From Eledone cirrhosa (lineage: Eukaryota), in assembly GCA_964016885.1 (NCBI GenBank), contig OZ024740.1, positions 192,262,001 to 192,326,000 of the forward strand: DNA of 64,000 nt, given 5' to 3'. A model generated the notes under the pieces. That model did not search any database and was not told the origin of the DNA. It saw only the letters and a program-made list of their open reading frames with translations. This document shows, piece after piece, positions 29,989 through 41,538 of this stretch. The position numbers and the translations under genes were made by a program. The stretch's first letter is position 1, and every line of letters starts with the position of its first letter.

Positions 29989-30536
29989 AATATACATATA
30001 CATATGGAAACAGTTTTGATCTAACAGTGCTGTTCCTCCTATCTAATAACCTTTCTGTTAACTGTTCATTGTCGTTTCTACCTTATATATTTTTGTTTCA
30101 GAGTTTGTGGTGACAAATGTTGATTCAAGATTTATCAGGAAATTTGTCAGATTCTGAATCTAGAAAACTCACATTATCAAGGACAGATATAACTGTTCTC
30201 TGTAACTTTGATTTTAATTGAAGTTATAGAAAGGTTCTAAAAGCAACATTTAACATGAAGAATCTGCCGGTTCATGTGATATGTCTTTCATACTTGGAAA
30301 TATCGTGAGAACTGCAGTCAGTTTAAATATTTTTAATTTCAAGAAACTGTCATAATAAAAACATCTTGAAACTATTTCTTTATAACTGAGATATATACAG
30401 ATTTGATCAAATATCATATTTTACTACCAGACGAAGTATATCCAAACTTCAGAGTTTATCAGATAGTTTCACAGAATTTATTTTTCTGCATAAAGCATTT
30501 GAAAATAATTTTATAAAATATAGTTTTGAGAAAATT

Positions 30537-31082
30537 ATGGAGGATAAACTGTGTGAAAGTTCTGTTTGTGATGAAATAAATTCTGAACCTAATGACATAT
30601 CTCATGATACCAATGGAGATATAAAGAAGAAATCATATCACTTTCACATTGATAAAAAGACAATTATACCATCTAATACTGTATTTAAGAAAAAAATTGT
30701 TCACAGAAGCTCAAAACTTAAATATATAAAACTTCACAGTAAAAGAATTACTGAAAATAGTTCTCTGTCTTTGCATGAAAATGTTTGTAAAACTGATAAA
30801 GTTTACCAATGCGGAATTTGTGGTAAAAGTTTCACTGATAGCGGTAATTTGACCAAGCATAAACGTATTCACACTGGTGAAAAACGATACCACTGTGATA
30901 TTTGTGTGAGAGCATTCTCTCAACAAGCTCATTTGACTAAACATAAATATACGCAGGTTAGAAGCCATCACGATTTGTATTTACTGTGGTATGGTTGTAT
31001 GCGGTACGATACATTGGTTGAACGCCAGCTTGGACATACAGTGAATTTTACCTGGCACGTTGGATTGAGCGACAGAACGTGA
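30537..31082 (+). pseudogene. Truncated C2H2 zinc-finger protein (2 fingers; array broken at ~30950)
   Basis: YQCGICGKSFTDSGNLTKHKRIH-TGEKRY-HCDICVRAFSQQAHLTKHK; the next linker is frameshifted (GGT TAG AAG CCA = G*KP) and the ORF then runs into unrelated sequence; candidate acceptor TTTTGTTTCAG at 30091-30101. Confidence 0.85.
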
Positions 31083-32068
31083 GGACTTTGGCGTGTTTAC
31101 AATTTCCTCGCATCTGTGCCGGCTGTATATGTACCATACTTTTCTTTAACTCGGCGTACATTCTTTTATTTTTTATTTTAGAATTTAGGTGTATATCTCA
31201 GACCGCCTATGGTGATAAATCCCCTGGGTATAGGTTTTCGAAAAACAGTGTTATCTCACTTAACCTTCGGAACTCGAACATATCGATGTGGTTCGTAGGG
31301 TGCGAATATGATAAGGAGAATTGACCTGCTACAATGTGATATAATTGGAGTACACCATCCCTCATATGAACTATCATACATGTAAGGCTATACCACTGCT
31401 AACCAACTATTCTTTTCACATACTCATGCTGGCAAATTCTCGTAATCTGCTTGTGCACCCTGTTTTTGCACTGCTTGTACTTTGATGTATCTATGCTTTG
31501 CTTTGTCTTATAGTTGTGGGGGGTTTTCCGGGCTTTTTGTTCCTTTTTTGTTTTGTATTTTTATATTTATCTCTTTTCTTATCCCTGTATTGTTGTACCT
31601 TTTTATTATATTTTTTATTATTTTATTATTGTTTCTGATCATGCTGAGATCATGCTGAGTAATACCCTCAATCTATTGCACCATTTAAGTGATGACATTT
31701 TTGTGTAATTTTTAAATTTTTAAGACATGTTATGACATTATGTGCATCATGTATTCTGTTTTTTCCATATAGCGCTGGCCTCGGGACCAACCTGCTGGTC
31801 CTTCAACCTTGTTCTGGTGACGCAGCTCGATGGAGCATGCAACTACTGATATGCTATTGTTTATAGGTTCTGATGATTCCTGCCATTGTGTATGGATGAA
31901 ACAAAGTTAGCTAATAAAACAATGTATTTCTAAGCACTCTTTGGTTATTCCTATAACTATAACGGCTCTGTAGTATACTAGTTATCCTACATTGAGCTAA
32001 AACCACACTGTCATTCCAAGGGCAATATATCTGCATGTCTGGGCATATTAATATATTTCACGAAACTA
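30970..32068 (+). mobile_element. PLE 3' UTR / pseudo-LTR fragment
   Basis: Non-coding, carries an HHR, homologous to 26161-26437, ends at (TA)n; left boundary uncertain. Confidence 0.65.
31864..31913 (+). ncRNA. Type I hammerhead ribozyme
   Basis: GGTT-CTGATGA-TTCC...GGAT-GAAA-CAAAG-TT-AGCT; weak stems I and III. Confidence 0.62.
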
Positions 32069-32340
32069 TATATATATACAGTGGGGCACTGGCCATGTTG
32101 CCAGGTTACCCAAGTGGGCACCAGGGGGTGCACGGTGTTATTGCAAGAGTCCAGATTAACATTGCAGGGTTCACTGTAGTATTTACCTGAAATCTAACAG
32201 ATAGAATGAAATATTTAAATAAATAAATAAAACAATTAAGCAAAGCATTTGGTCAAACAATTCCCCAGGGAATTACTAGAAACCCATATACACGTTAGTG
32301 AAATAGCTGGAGTCAATGGTTGTATATTCTACTAATTATA

Positions 32341-32690
32341 ATTGTTTCTACTTCTGGCACAAGATCAGCAATTATCCCAGTGTATTGCTGGTACTTTATT
32401 TTATCGACCCCGTAAGGATGAAAGTCAAAGTTAACCTCGGCGGGATTTGAACTCGGACCATAAAGGACCGTATCTCTTTGCTGCGAAGCATGGCGTCCGA
32501 CCCTCTACGGATACTGCCAACCCACCGTCATTCTACTAATGATAATTGTTTCTACACTTGGCACAAGGCTAGCAATTACCCAATGTATTACAGGTACTCT
32601 ATTTTATCGACCACGTAAGGATGATAAAATAAAGTACCCATAATACAGTGGGTAACTGCTGGCCTTGTTCCCAAAGTAGAAACAATTATA
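32341..32690 (-). mobile_element. Meta-domain SINE cluster: full copy, tandem partial copy and inverted partial copy
   Basis: Full copy ~32343-32529 with TSD-like ATTCTACTAAT.ATAAT; partial 32546-32622; inverted partial 32621-32690. Confidence 0.85.
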
Positions 32691-32742
32691 ATGCTTACTG
32701 TATTCATTCATGCAAACTTACATATATTGACACAGACACATA

Positions 32743-32885
<143 letters not shown>

Positions 32886-32999
32886 ATATATATATTTTTT
32901 GTTATACTTACACACGAACTGCTGACCAAATGATATTTGATTCCAATATCTGGCAAATCATATATATAAATATAGTTATATATATATATATATATATAT

Positions 33000-33480
33000 A
33001 GTGACGAAACATAAGTCAATTGCATGAACTCATAATCCTTTATTTACTGCTATATATATTTCGCTGATAGCCATTGAATGACTATGACCTCATCAGGCAG
33101 TTAGTCAGTTCATAGATATGCCAGCTCTGTGTGTATAGTGTTGATGGTATCAGAGCCTTAGAACATATGAGCTTGTTAGGAATATTTTGATTTTGTCAGC
33201 AGGAATATTCTTGATTCTCATTGGTCAGTTTGTAGACGGTAGTATGTGGTTCTGTAAGGTTTAAACCGTCAGGCAAGATGACAATAGTTTCACATGACTG
33301 ATTTTCACAAAAGGCATTCTTGGTCAGATATATTTTCAAATAAGATTAATAGTATGAAATAGAAACTACAGGTCATTCTTAAATTGAGGATTTTATGTGG
33401 AGTGGTGCTACTGAAAATTATATTTGGAGTAGAAAGTTTACAAATAAAAAGGCTTATGTAGGTTGGCTTGCACTACACTC
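33000..33480 (-). mobile_element. PLE pseudo-LTR fragment (HHR family shared with 62368-64000)
   Basis: Shares the HHR and adjacent sequence (CTCATTGGTCAGTT) with 62500-62750; begins at (TA)n. Confidence 0.7.
33046..33101 (-). ncRNA. Type I hammerhead ribozyme
   Basis: Minus strand ACTGC-CTGATGA-..ATAGTCA(TTCAA)TGGCTAT..-GAAA-TATATA-TA-GCAGT. Confidence 0.88.
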
Positions 33481-33549
33481 ACACCCACCTCCACAGACAC
33501 ACACACTCAACCACACATACAAAATGTGGGGTGATAATACTTAATATAA

Positions 33550-33668
33550 TTGTTTCTACTTTAGGCACAAGGCCGGCAATTATCCAGTGCATTACTGGTA
33601 CTTTATTTTTATCGACCCCGTAAGGATGAAAGTCAAAGTCAACCTCGGCGGGATTTGAACTCAGATCG
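33550..33668 (-). mobile_element. 5'-truncated Meta-domain SINE
   Basis: B box and Meta-type core present. Confidence 0.85.
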
Positions 33669-34372
33669 TGCTTAATATAATGGTTAGAGTCCAATACTGA
33701 GATAGTTTAGAAAATTTAGAAATAAAGGGTTTATGCTGGTTCACTTGTACATACACTCACACCTACCCCCTCAAACACTCACATATCTACATACACAAAT
33801 CCATACAGGTGTGTGTATATATATATGCATGCATGCATGTACGTACAAGTATACACATATATATATATATTAAAATATATATATACACAGAACATACATA
33901 TATATAAAATATATACATACAAAAATAAAAATAAAAATATATATATATATATATATATACATAGAATACACACACACACAAAATATATACACCCGTAAAA
34001 CATACATATATTTATATATAAAAAATACACACACACATACACATATATATATATAAAATATATACATACAGATACGCTAACATATATAAAAAATACGCAT
34101 ACAAACACATATAACATACACATATATATACACATGATACATATATACATATATATATGAAATCAGGTTCAATAAAACATTGTTTAGATGACTCCTAACC
34201 AGTAGAGGATCCGGTGGACCATCCACCATAAGGACCGCAAACCATGGGTGGTTGTTGTTGTCCATTGGTCATTGGTACGGGGTGTAGTGGATCTACCGGG
34301 GGGTATATATAGAGGTATAATATATATATATATATAATATATATATAGAGGAAGAGATAAAGAGAGAAAGAG

Positions 34373-34488
<116 letters not shown>

Positions 34489-34721
34489 AGTGGGTGCGAA
34501 AGACCGAAGGTCATGTTTGAAAGTCTCTGGATTTCGCAGAATATATATTTTGGATTGGACAAGGTAAGATATTTTCCGAAAAACTTGATTGCATGCGATT
34601 GTTTCCACTTATGTATTTTTTGAAAATGTTATTTGTTCATTATAAAAATTAAATGAGAGCATTCAATATTCTTAGACCTAGTCCGCCTCTGTATATATAT
34701 ATTTAATATATAATATATTAA

Positions 34722-34900
34722 TTGTTTCTACGTTAGGCACAAGGCCAGTAATAACCCAGTGCATTACTGGTACTTTATTTTATCGACCCCGTAAGGTTGA
34801 ACGGCAAAGTTAACCTCGGCGGGATTTCAACTCAGAATGGCAAGGGCCGTAACTCTATACGTCAAAGCATGGCATCCGACCCTCTTCCAATACTGCCAAT
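34722..34900 (-). mobile_element. Meta-domain SINE
   Basis: Close match to 2101-2287. Confidence 0.88.
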
Positions 34901-34925
34901 GGAAACTATACTTATAAAACCATAT

Positions 34926-35055
34926 TTAAATTGAAGTGAAGCTACTGGTGCGTGTGTTTCTTTTTGGCAACATGACTCTCCCAAAAAATAACAATATCGG
35001 TTTCACACACGTTTTCAGATAAAGAATCTTGCTAAACAAATTCAGAAACGAAATA
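34926..35055 (+). mobile_element. Terminal fragment of the Neptune-type PLE family at 58521-59596
   Basis: Reverse complement of ~58520-58650; ends at (TA)n. Confidence 0.8.
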
Positions 35056-35089
35056 TATAAATATATAAATAAATAAATAAATAAATATA

Positions 35090-35164
<75 letters not shown>

Positions 35165-35168
<4 letters not shown>

Positions 35169-35345
35169 GGAAACCATATTTATAAAACCATATTTATTTT
35201 ATTCTACATATTTCAAGGGCAATCAAGGCAAATTATGGTGCGCTTTCATCAGATAAAATACAGATTTGTTTTATAAATAAATATTGACATACCTGGAAAA
35301 AAAGAAAGACAACCTTAACGGATGGGGCTTCCTGGATAGTATCCG
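35165..35345 (-). mobile_element. PLE tail fragment with degenerate HHR (family of 22350-22715)
   Basis: Direct homology to 22362-22530; minus strand CTGATGA...GAAA-TATGTA-GA, cleavage site mutated. Confidence 0.75.
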
Positions 35346-35926
35346 CTGCTTTCACCCTTAACAGGATTTCTGAAACTAAAAAAAAATCAATCTGTGGACG
35401 CAACAGTAAATATTTCGAAAACATTAAAAATAGAACACGTCATCTTTTGAAGTTAGGGAATTGAAAACTAAGACGAAGATGTGATTGAGTGAGAATGATA
35501 TTGGGAGGGTATTTTCAATAAGCAGATAAGGTTGAATGGTCTAATTATCATTGGTGAAGAAACAAAATAAGATTAAAGTGACTAAATATGTGTATATTGT
35601 TGTAAAAGTAATGTAATGTTTGTGATGATGGGTGTGGACAATTGCGGCTACTTTACAAAGGGGAATCGAATGTTTGATGATAGAAGGAAGACAAAAAACG
35701 TAATTAAATGATGGCGCTTTATTATGATAGTAACATTGGGTTGAATTAAAAGACCTTTAAGGAAAAAACAAAATAAAATATTAAAACAAGTGTATTTATA
35801 TTTTAGTGTTTAAAAGAAACCAGTAAAATGCTGGATGATGTTGGGGTTGGAGGCCAATATTATCCAGCATTTGAGAAACCACTGTCAGGAAATATTGGAT
35901 GATGAGTTAGACATACACACACATGG

Positions 35927-35977
<51 letters not shown>

Positions 35978-37346
35978 GGGGGGGGGGGTGCACAAAGTAA
36001 ACAGAAATGACAAATAAACGACAAAGTAAAATGAATAAATGTATATAGCTTGATATAATAGGAATATTAACATTTCGGAAGTTAATAATTCATCAGAAAC
36101 GAGAAAGAGCAAGTAAAGAAAATATAGAAAGATGAAAGAGAGTGAGCTGTGGCAGTAACGAAAAAAACATAATATTGGAGAAATGGCAGGTGTGTTCCGG
36201 TCACCATCTCTTAAAAAAATGTTGAATTCAGCGTTTTGGTATGAAAAGTTCAGTTGGCCGTCGTTTGAAATATATTGCAAGATATTAATTCTAATTCATT
36301 CAATGTCTACAGTTAGACATTAGGTGCAACATTGGGGTAATAAGTCGATTTAAGTTGGAAGATAATTAGTAGAGGGCTTCTTGCAGATTTCCATTCTAAG
36401 CGAAAATAGTAGTTATTCAAAGAATGTATTTTCCTAATGAATTGCAATGTTAACAGACGAAATAATGATTTGAAAATCGCATTTACATATAATGTGCGCT
36501 CAACAATGAAATACAACACAATTTAATATTGCAAATACGTCTAAATATTTTATTTCTATTTGCAAATTTAAAATACTAATAACAACGATTGCTAAATCAT
36601 TTAATGCAGTATGTTAACGAGCCCGAATTAGTAACAAATATTTCAGGGGGAATGAAAAAGAAATGGGAAAATTGAATTTACATTATGACTGGAGCATTAT
36701 CGCAAGAAATAAATATATTGCCATCATATTAAAGTGTGAAAACTGACAGGCAATTTGTTTGCAACTTGTCTGAATTGACCGAATGTGTTATGTTACGTCT
36801 ACTATATTTCAATTCTTTTTTTAATTTTGAATATAGGTGTGACTGATTTTATTTAAACTTGTCATTATATACAATACATCAATGACTGAATTAGAAACGA
36901 ACACGTGCTCGGTAATGTATTTAAGAAGTATAATTCCCAGAGTTAAGTGAACTATTTGACATTGATGCGGCATGGAGACGCCATTCTCAACATTTTTATG
37001 TTGTTTCCTTTATCTAAGTGTATCGCATACGAGTATATCATTATTTGTTCGCAAAAGTTTGTCAATTAAATGTAAGGATTTTTTCTTTTGTAGGCTTTCA
37101 AACGATAAACTATGTTTTGTTCGTTTGAATGTATATTATAATTTGTTTGTATTTATACATGCTCCAGGTTGTTTCATAAATGTAAAAACAAAGTAAACTA
37201 GTGTTTTAAAAATATTGATTAGCAATGTTTTCAATTCAATTCCCCAAGATATTCTAATTAACCTAAGACTCTAAATTCATACATGTATGTACACACACAC
37301 ACGCACACACATACACACACACACATATATATATATATATGTATAT

Positions 37347-38083
37347 CTTTGCACACGGCACTAGACAAGATTGTTTCTTTATCATACACTCTCATCCGGG
37401 AACAGTTCTGTATTGCGCCAGTTCGTGATTTGAACTCGGGAATTTTATATTCTCCGAGTTAGAAGAACGCTGTGACGAAAGTCTCCTTCTCAATAGTGTT
37501 CCGCATGGATTATCCATTTATTTTGAGACTTGAAACCGCGCGGTAAGGGTAAATATAGTAAGTACAGTAAACTTTTTAAAATTTATTTTAAAACTTTTCT
37601 CTATTTGCTAAACTTTGATTATATATTTTATGGCTCGTTAATGTATTAATCTGCCATAGAACCACATTGGCATACGGTTGGATTATACATGTATCCCTAT
37701 ATGCATTTGTTGCACATAGGAAAACCTACTTTATTATTATTAATCTCCCCTAAGGTCGAGATAACATTTTCGTCGTTTAAACTGCTGCTACTTCTAGTGG
37801 CAGGACACGGACCTTTCCACCCTTGCCTTCTATCTTTACACACGGCAATAGACAATATTGTTTCTTTATCATACACTCTCATCCGGGAACAGTTCTGTAT
37901 GGCGCGAATTCGGGATTTTTATATTCTCCGAGTTAGAAGAACCCTCTGACGAAAGTCTCCTTCTCAATGATGTTCCGCATGGATAATCCATTTAATTTTG
38001 ACACGTAAACCTGCGCGGTAAGGGTAAACATAGTAAGTATAGTAAACTTTTTAAAAACTTTTTCTCTATTGGCTAAACCTTGA

Positions 38084-38085
<2 letters not shown>
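37347..38085 (+). mobile_element. Non-autonomous PLE / retrozyme-like element, 1.5 tandem units of ~490 bp
   Basis: ~37347-37620 is repeated at ~37835-38085; homologous to the reverse complement of 5473-5960; two degenerate HHRs at 37467-37550 and 37941-38025. Confidence 0.82.
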
Positions 38086-38127
<42 letters not shown>

Positions 38128-39060
38128 CATTATGAAGAGAGAAGAAACAATAAATATAATTAATATTAAGATATATCATACCTAAACTCCTTCTTTCCTC
38201 CTCGACTACGTAGTTTCGTGGCATATTATGCAAAAAACACTACATCACAGAGATATAGCTTTTTTGTGAGGTCTGCTGACTTATCAAGAGGATACCTCAT
38301 TAAGAGTTTCAAAACACGTCCGTAGGTCGCGAGATAGAATCCCGAAAGGCGGCGGGGGAGTCAATGACGTGATACAGCGGTCACGAAACAGAGCCAAGCC
38401 TCTTATAACCATGAAAGAAAATACCACGGAGGCGGAGGGAGTACTTATATCAAAGCCGAAGAAGAGGTGGCTAAGGTGGCGAGAAGTATGAGTAATGATA
38501 ACTTTCCAGCAGTCACTACACTTCAATAGTTACTCTACCATAGGGAGTTACAAACAATATATAGAAACAAACAGATACATGCGGACACATACATATACAT
38601 GAATATATCCACATATATCTTTGAATTAGTGGTGCCAACCTCAACTGATGTTGCTCTATAAATAACTGGGACAAAATAATCCGAATGGATTAGATTGAAT
38701 CACTATCAGAGCTATATAATAAATTATGAAGAGAGAAGAAATATTAGATATAATTAATAATAAGATATATCATACCTAAACCCCTTCTTTACTCCTCGTC
38801 TACGTAGTTTCGTGGCATATTATGCAAAAACAATACATCACAGAGATATAGAATTTTTGTGAGGTCTGCCGACTTATCAAGAGGATACCTCATTAAGAGC
38901 TTCAAAACACGTCCGTAGGACGCGAGATAGAGTCCCGAAAGACGGAGGGGGAGTCAATCACGTGATACAGCGGTCAAGAAACAGAGCTAAGCCTCTTATA
39001 ACCATGAAAAAAATACCACGAAGGCGGAAGGGGTACTTATATCAAAGCCGTAGAAGAGGT
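38128..39060 (-). mobile_element. Non-autonomous PLE-like element with ~335-bp direct repeats (pseudo-LTRs), unit ~595 bp
   Basis: ~38130-38468 is repeated at ~38724-39060; each repeat has an HHR motif; flanked by (TA)n. Confidence 0.82.
38199..38292 (-). ncRNA. Hammerhead ribozyme, U3-A8 core variant
   Basis: Minus strand TCCTC-TTGATAA-[stem II]-GAAA-CTACGTAG-TC-GAGGA; second copy at 38793-38885 has TC changed to AC at the cleavage site. Confidence 0.78.
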
Positions 39061-39077
39061 ATGTCTCTGTGTTTCTA

Positions 39078-39139
<62 letters not shown>

Positions 39140-39277
39140 AGTGTAATTTACTACACAGAACGAAGGTTATAGAGAAAATTGAGGTTGGTAATGGCACATG
39201 GAATATATAAGAGACAGAATACTTTTTTGTGAAAAAACATATTATTTTATAAGGTAAGGAAATAATAAAGGGTATAA

Positions 39278-39325
39278 AAAATGACCGGTTTCGATGGGTC
39301 TGCAAAAGCCATCTTTTCAAATGTT
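39278..39325 (-). ncRNA. Hammerhead ribozyme, U3-A8 core variant
   Basis: Inverted copy of 40862-40909. Confidence 0.65.
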
Positions 39326-40045
39326 GATTAATATTAAGAAAAATTAATAATAAGAAGAGTTGAAATTTGAGATTTGAAAATTCAAGTATAAAATTCATTG
39401 TGGGATTTCACAGTAATTTTCATCTTGGTAGCAGCTCGTTTAGCAGCTCGTTGACTGCCGGGTCCCTTTCTGGTAGTGAATGAGAAGTTATTTGGGGGTG
39501 TGGGTTATTTTATAAAGGTCAAATTTAGCAATGGCCAGATGGCCAGCTGCTGGTCAGTGACGGAGTGGAAGCAATATACATACATATATCTTCCTGTGGT
39601 AGGTAGGAGAGGGGAGATTGATAGAAAGGGATTTAGTGCACTTACACCTATATATACACACATACCTTCATCCACACATACATACATATACATACACACA
39701 TATACATATATATATATATATATATATATCCATACATATACACACGTACATACACACACACACATGTATGCACATACACACACATATATATATATACACA
39801 CACACGCATATATATACATACACATACATCCAGATACACACATACATACACACACACACACACACACCCACACATATATATATATATATACGTGTACATA
39901 CACATATATACACACATATACATACACACATACAAACACACACACACACACACACATATATACACATACACACACATATATATACGCACACATGTGTGTA
40001 TATATATGTGTATGTATATGTGTGTATATATGTGTATGTACACAC

Positions 40046-40091
<46 letters not shown>

Positions 40092-40242
40092 GTGTATCTG
40101 GATGTATGTGTATGTATATATATATATGTGTGTGTGTGTATATATATATATGTGTGTGTATGTGCATATATGTGTGTGTGTGTATATATATGTATGTGTG
40201 TGTGTATGTACGTGTGTATATGTATGGATATATATATATATA

Positions 40243-40460
40243 GTGAAGGCGTGTGGCTGAGTGGTTAGAGAATTGGATTCGCAATCGTAAGGTTGTGAGT
40301 TCGATTCCTGGACCAGGCGATGCGTTATGTCCTTGAGCAAGACACTTTATTTCACGTTGCTCCTTCTACCTGGAGTTGCGACCGATAGATAGTATTAGCA
40401 ATTGGAAAGACTAACGGAAACATCGTTCCCTCGGTCCGATTTGACGAAAGTCGATCGTTC
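40243..40460 (+). mobile_element. tRNA-derived SINE of a second family (CORE-like central motif)
   Basis: A box TGGCTGAGTGG, B box GAGTTCGATTCC, then TGTCCTTGAGCAAGACACTT; 3' boundary approximate. Confidence 0.8.
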
Positions 40461-40861
40461 CTATATATATATATATATATATATGTATATGTGTGTATGT
40501 ATATGTATATGTATGTATGTGTGGATGAAGGTATGTGTGTATATATAGGTGTAAGTGCACTAAATCCCTTTCTATCAATCTCCCCTCTCCTACCTACCAC
40601 AGGAAGATATATGTATGTATATTGCTTCCACCCCCTCACTGACCAGCAGCTGGCCATCTGGCCATTGCTAAATTTGACCTTTATAAAATAACCCACACCC
40701 CCAAATAACTTCTCATTCACTACCAGAAAGGCACCCAGCAGTCAACGAGCTGCTAAACGAGCTGCTACCAAGATGAAAATGACTGTGAAATCCCACAATG
40801 AATTTTATACTAAATCTCAAATTTTAACTCTTTTTATTATTAATTTTTCTTAATATTAATC

Positions 40862-40909
40862 AACATTTGAAAAGATGGCTTTTGCAGACCCATCGAAACC
40901 GGTCATTTT
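40862..40909 (+). ncRNA. Hammerhead ribozyme, U3-A8 core variant
   Basis: AACAT-TTGAAAA-GATGG...CCATC-GAAA-CCGG-TC-ATTTT; stem I is weak with one mismatch. Confidence 0.65.
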
Positions 40910-41008
40910 TTATACCCTTTACTATTTCCTTACCTTATAAAATTATATGTTTTTTCACAAAAAAGTATTCTGTCTCTTATATATTCCATGTGCCATTACC
41001 AACCTCAA

Positions 41009-41123
<115 letters not shown>

Positions 41124-41208
41124 TATTTATTAAAATATTTCCTCTACGGTTCTTATATATTTGATATCGAGCCCTCTTTGGATTTCTAGTCTTCAAATTT
41201 TTTATTAT

Positions 41209-41265
<57 letters not shown>

Positions 41266-41501
41266 TATATATATATACATATTTGTAGATATGTATATAT
41301 ATATATATATATATATATCCGTGTGTGTATGTGTATATATACATACATTTATATATGTGTATATATAGACAGGGAGGGAGGGAAGAAGAGAAAGACTAAG
41401 GAACACATAAACTACAAGTGTAATTATGTATATATGTAATTATATTTGTTGCGTTTGTGCAATATTCCCTCGCTCCCCCCCCCCCCCCTCTCTCTCTTTC
41501 C

Positions 41502-41532
<31 letters not shown>

Positions 41533-41538
41533 TATATA

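Noticed and set aside
36200-36800. Very old PLE endonuclease remnants on both strands
   Set aside because: Only scattered W.II / CNL-like words; too decayed to support without a profile search.
40243-40315. tRNA gene
   Set aside because: A and B boxes are present but continue into a SINE body with no acceptor stem or terminator; it is a SINE head.
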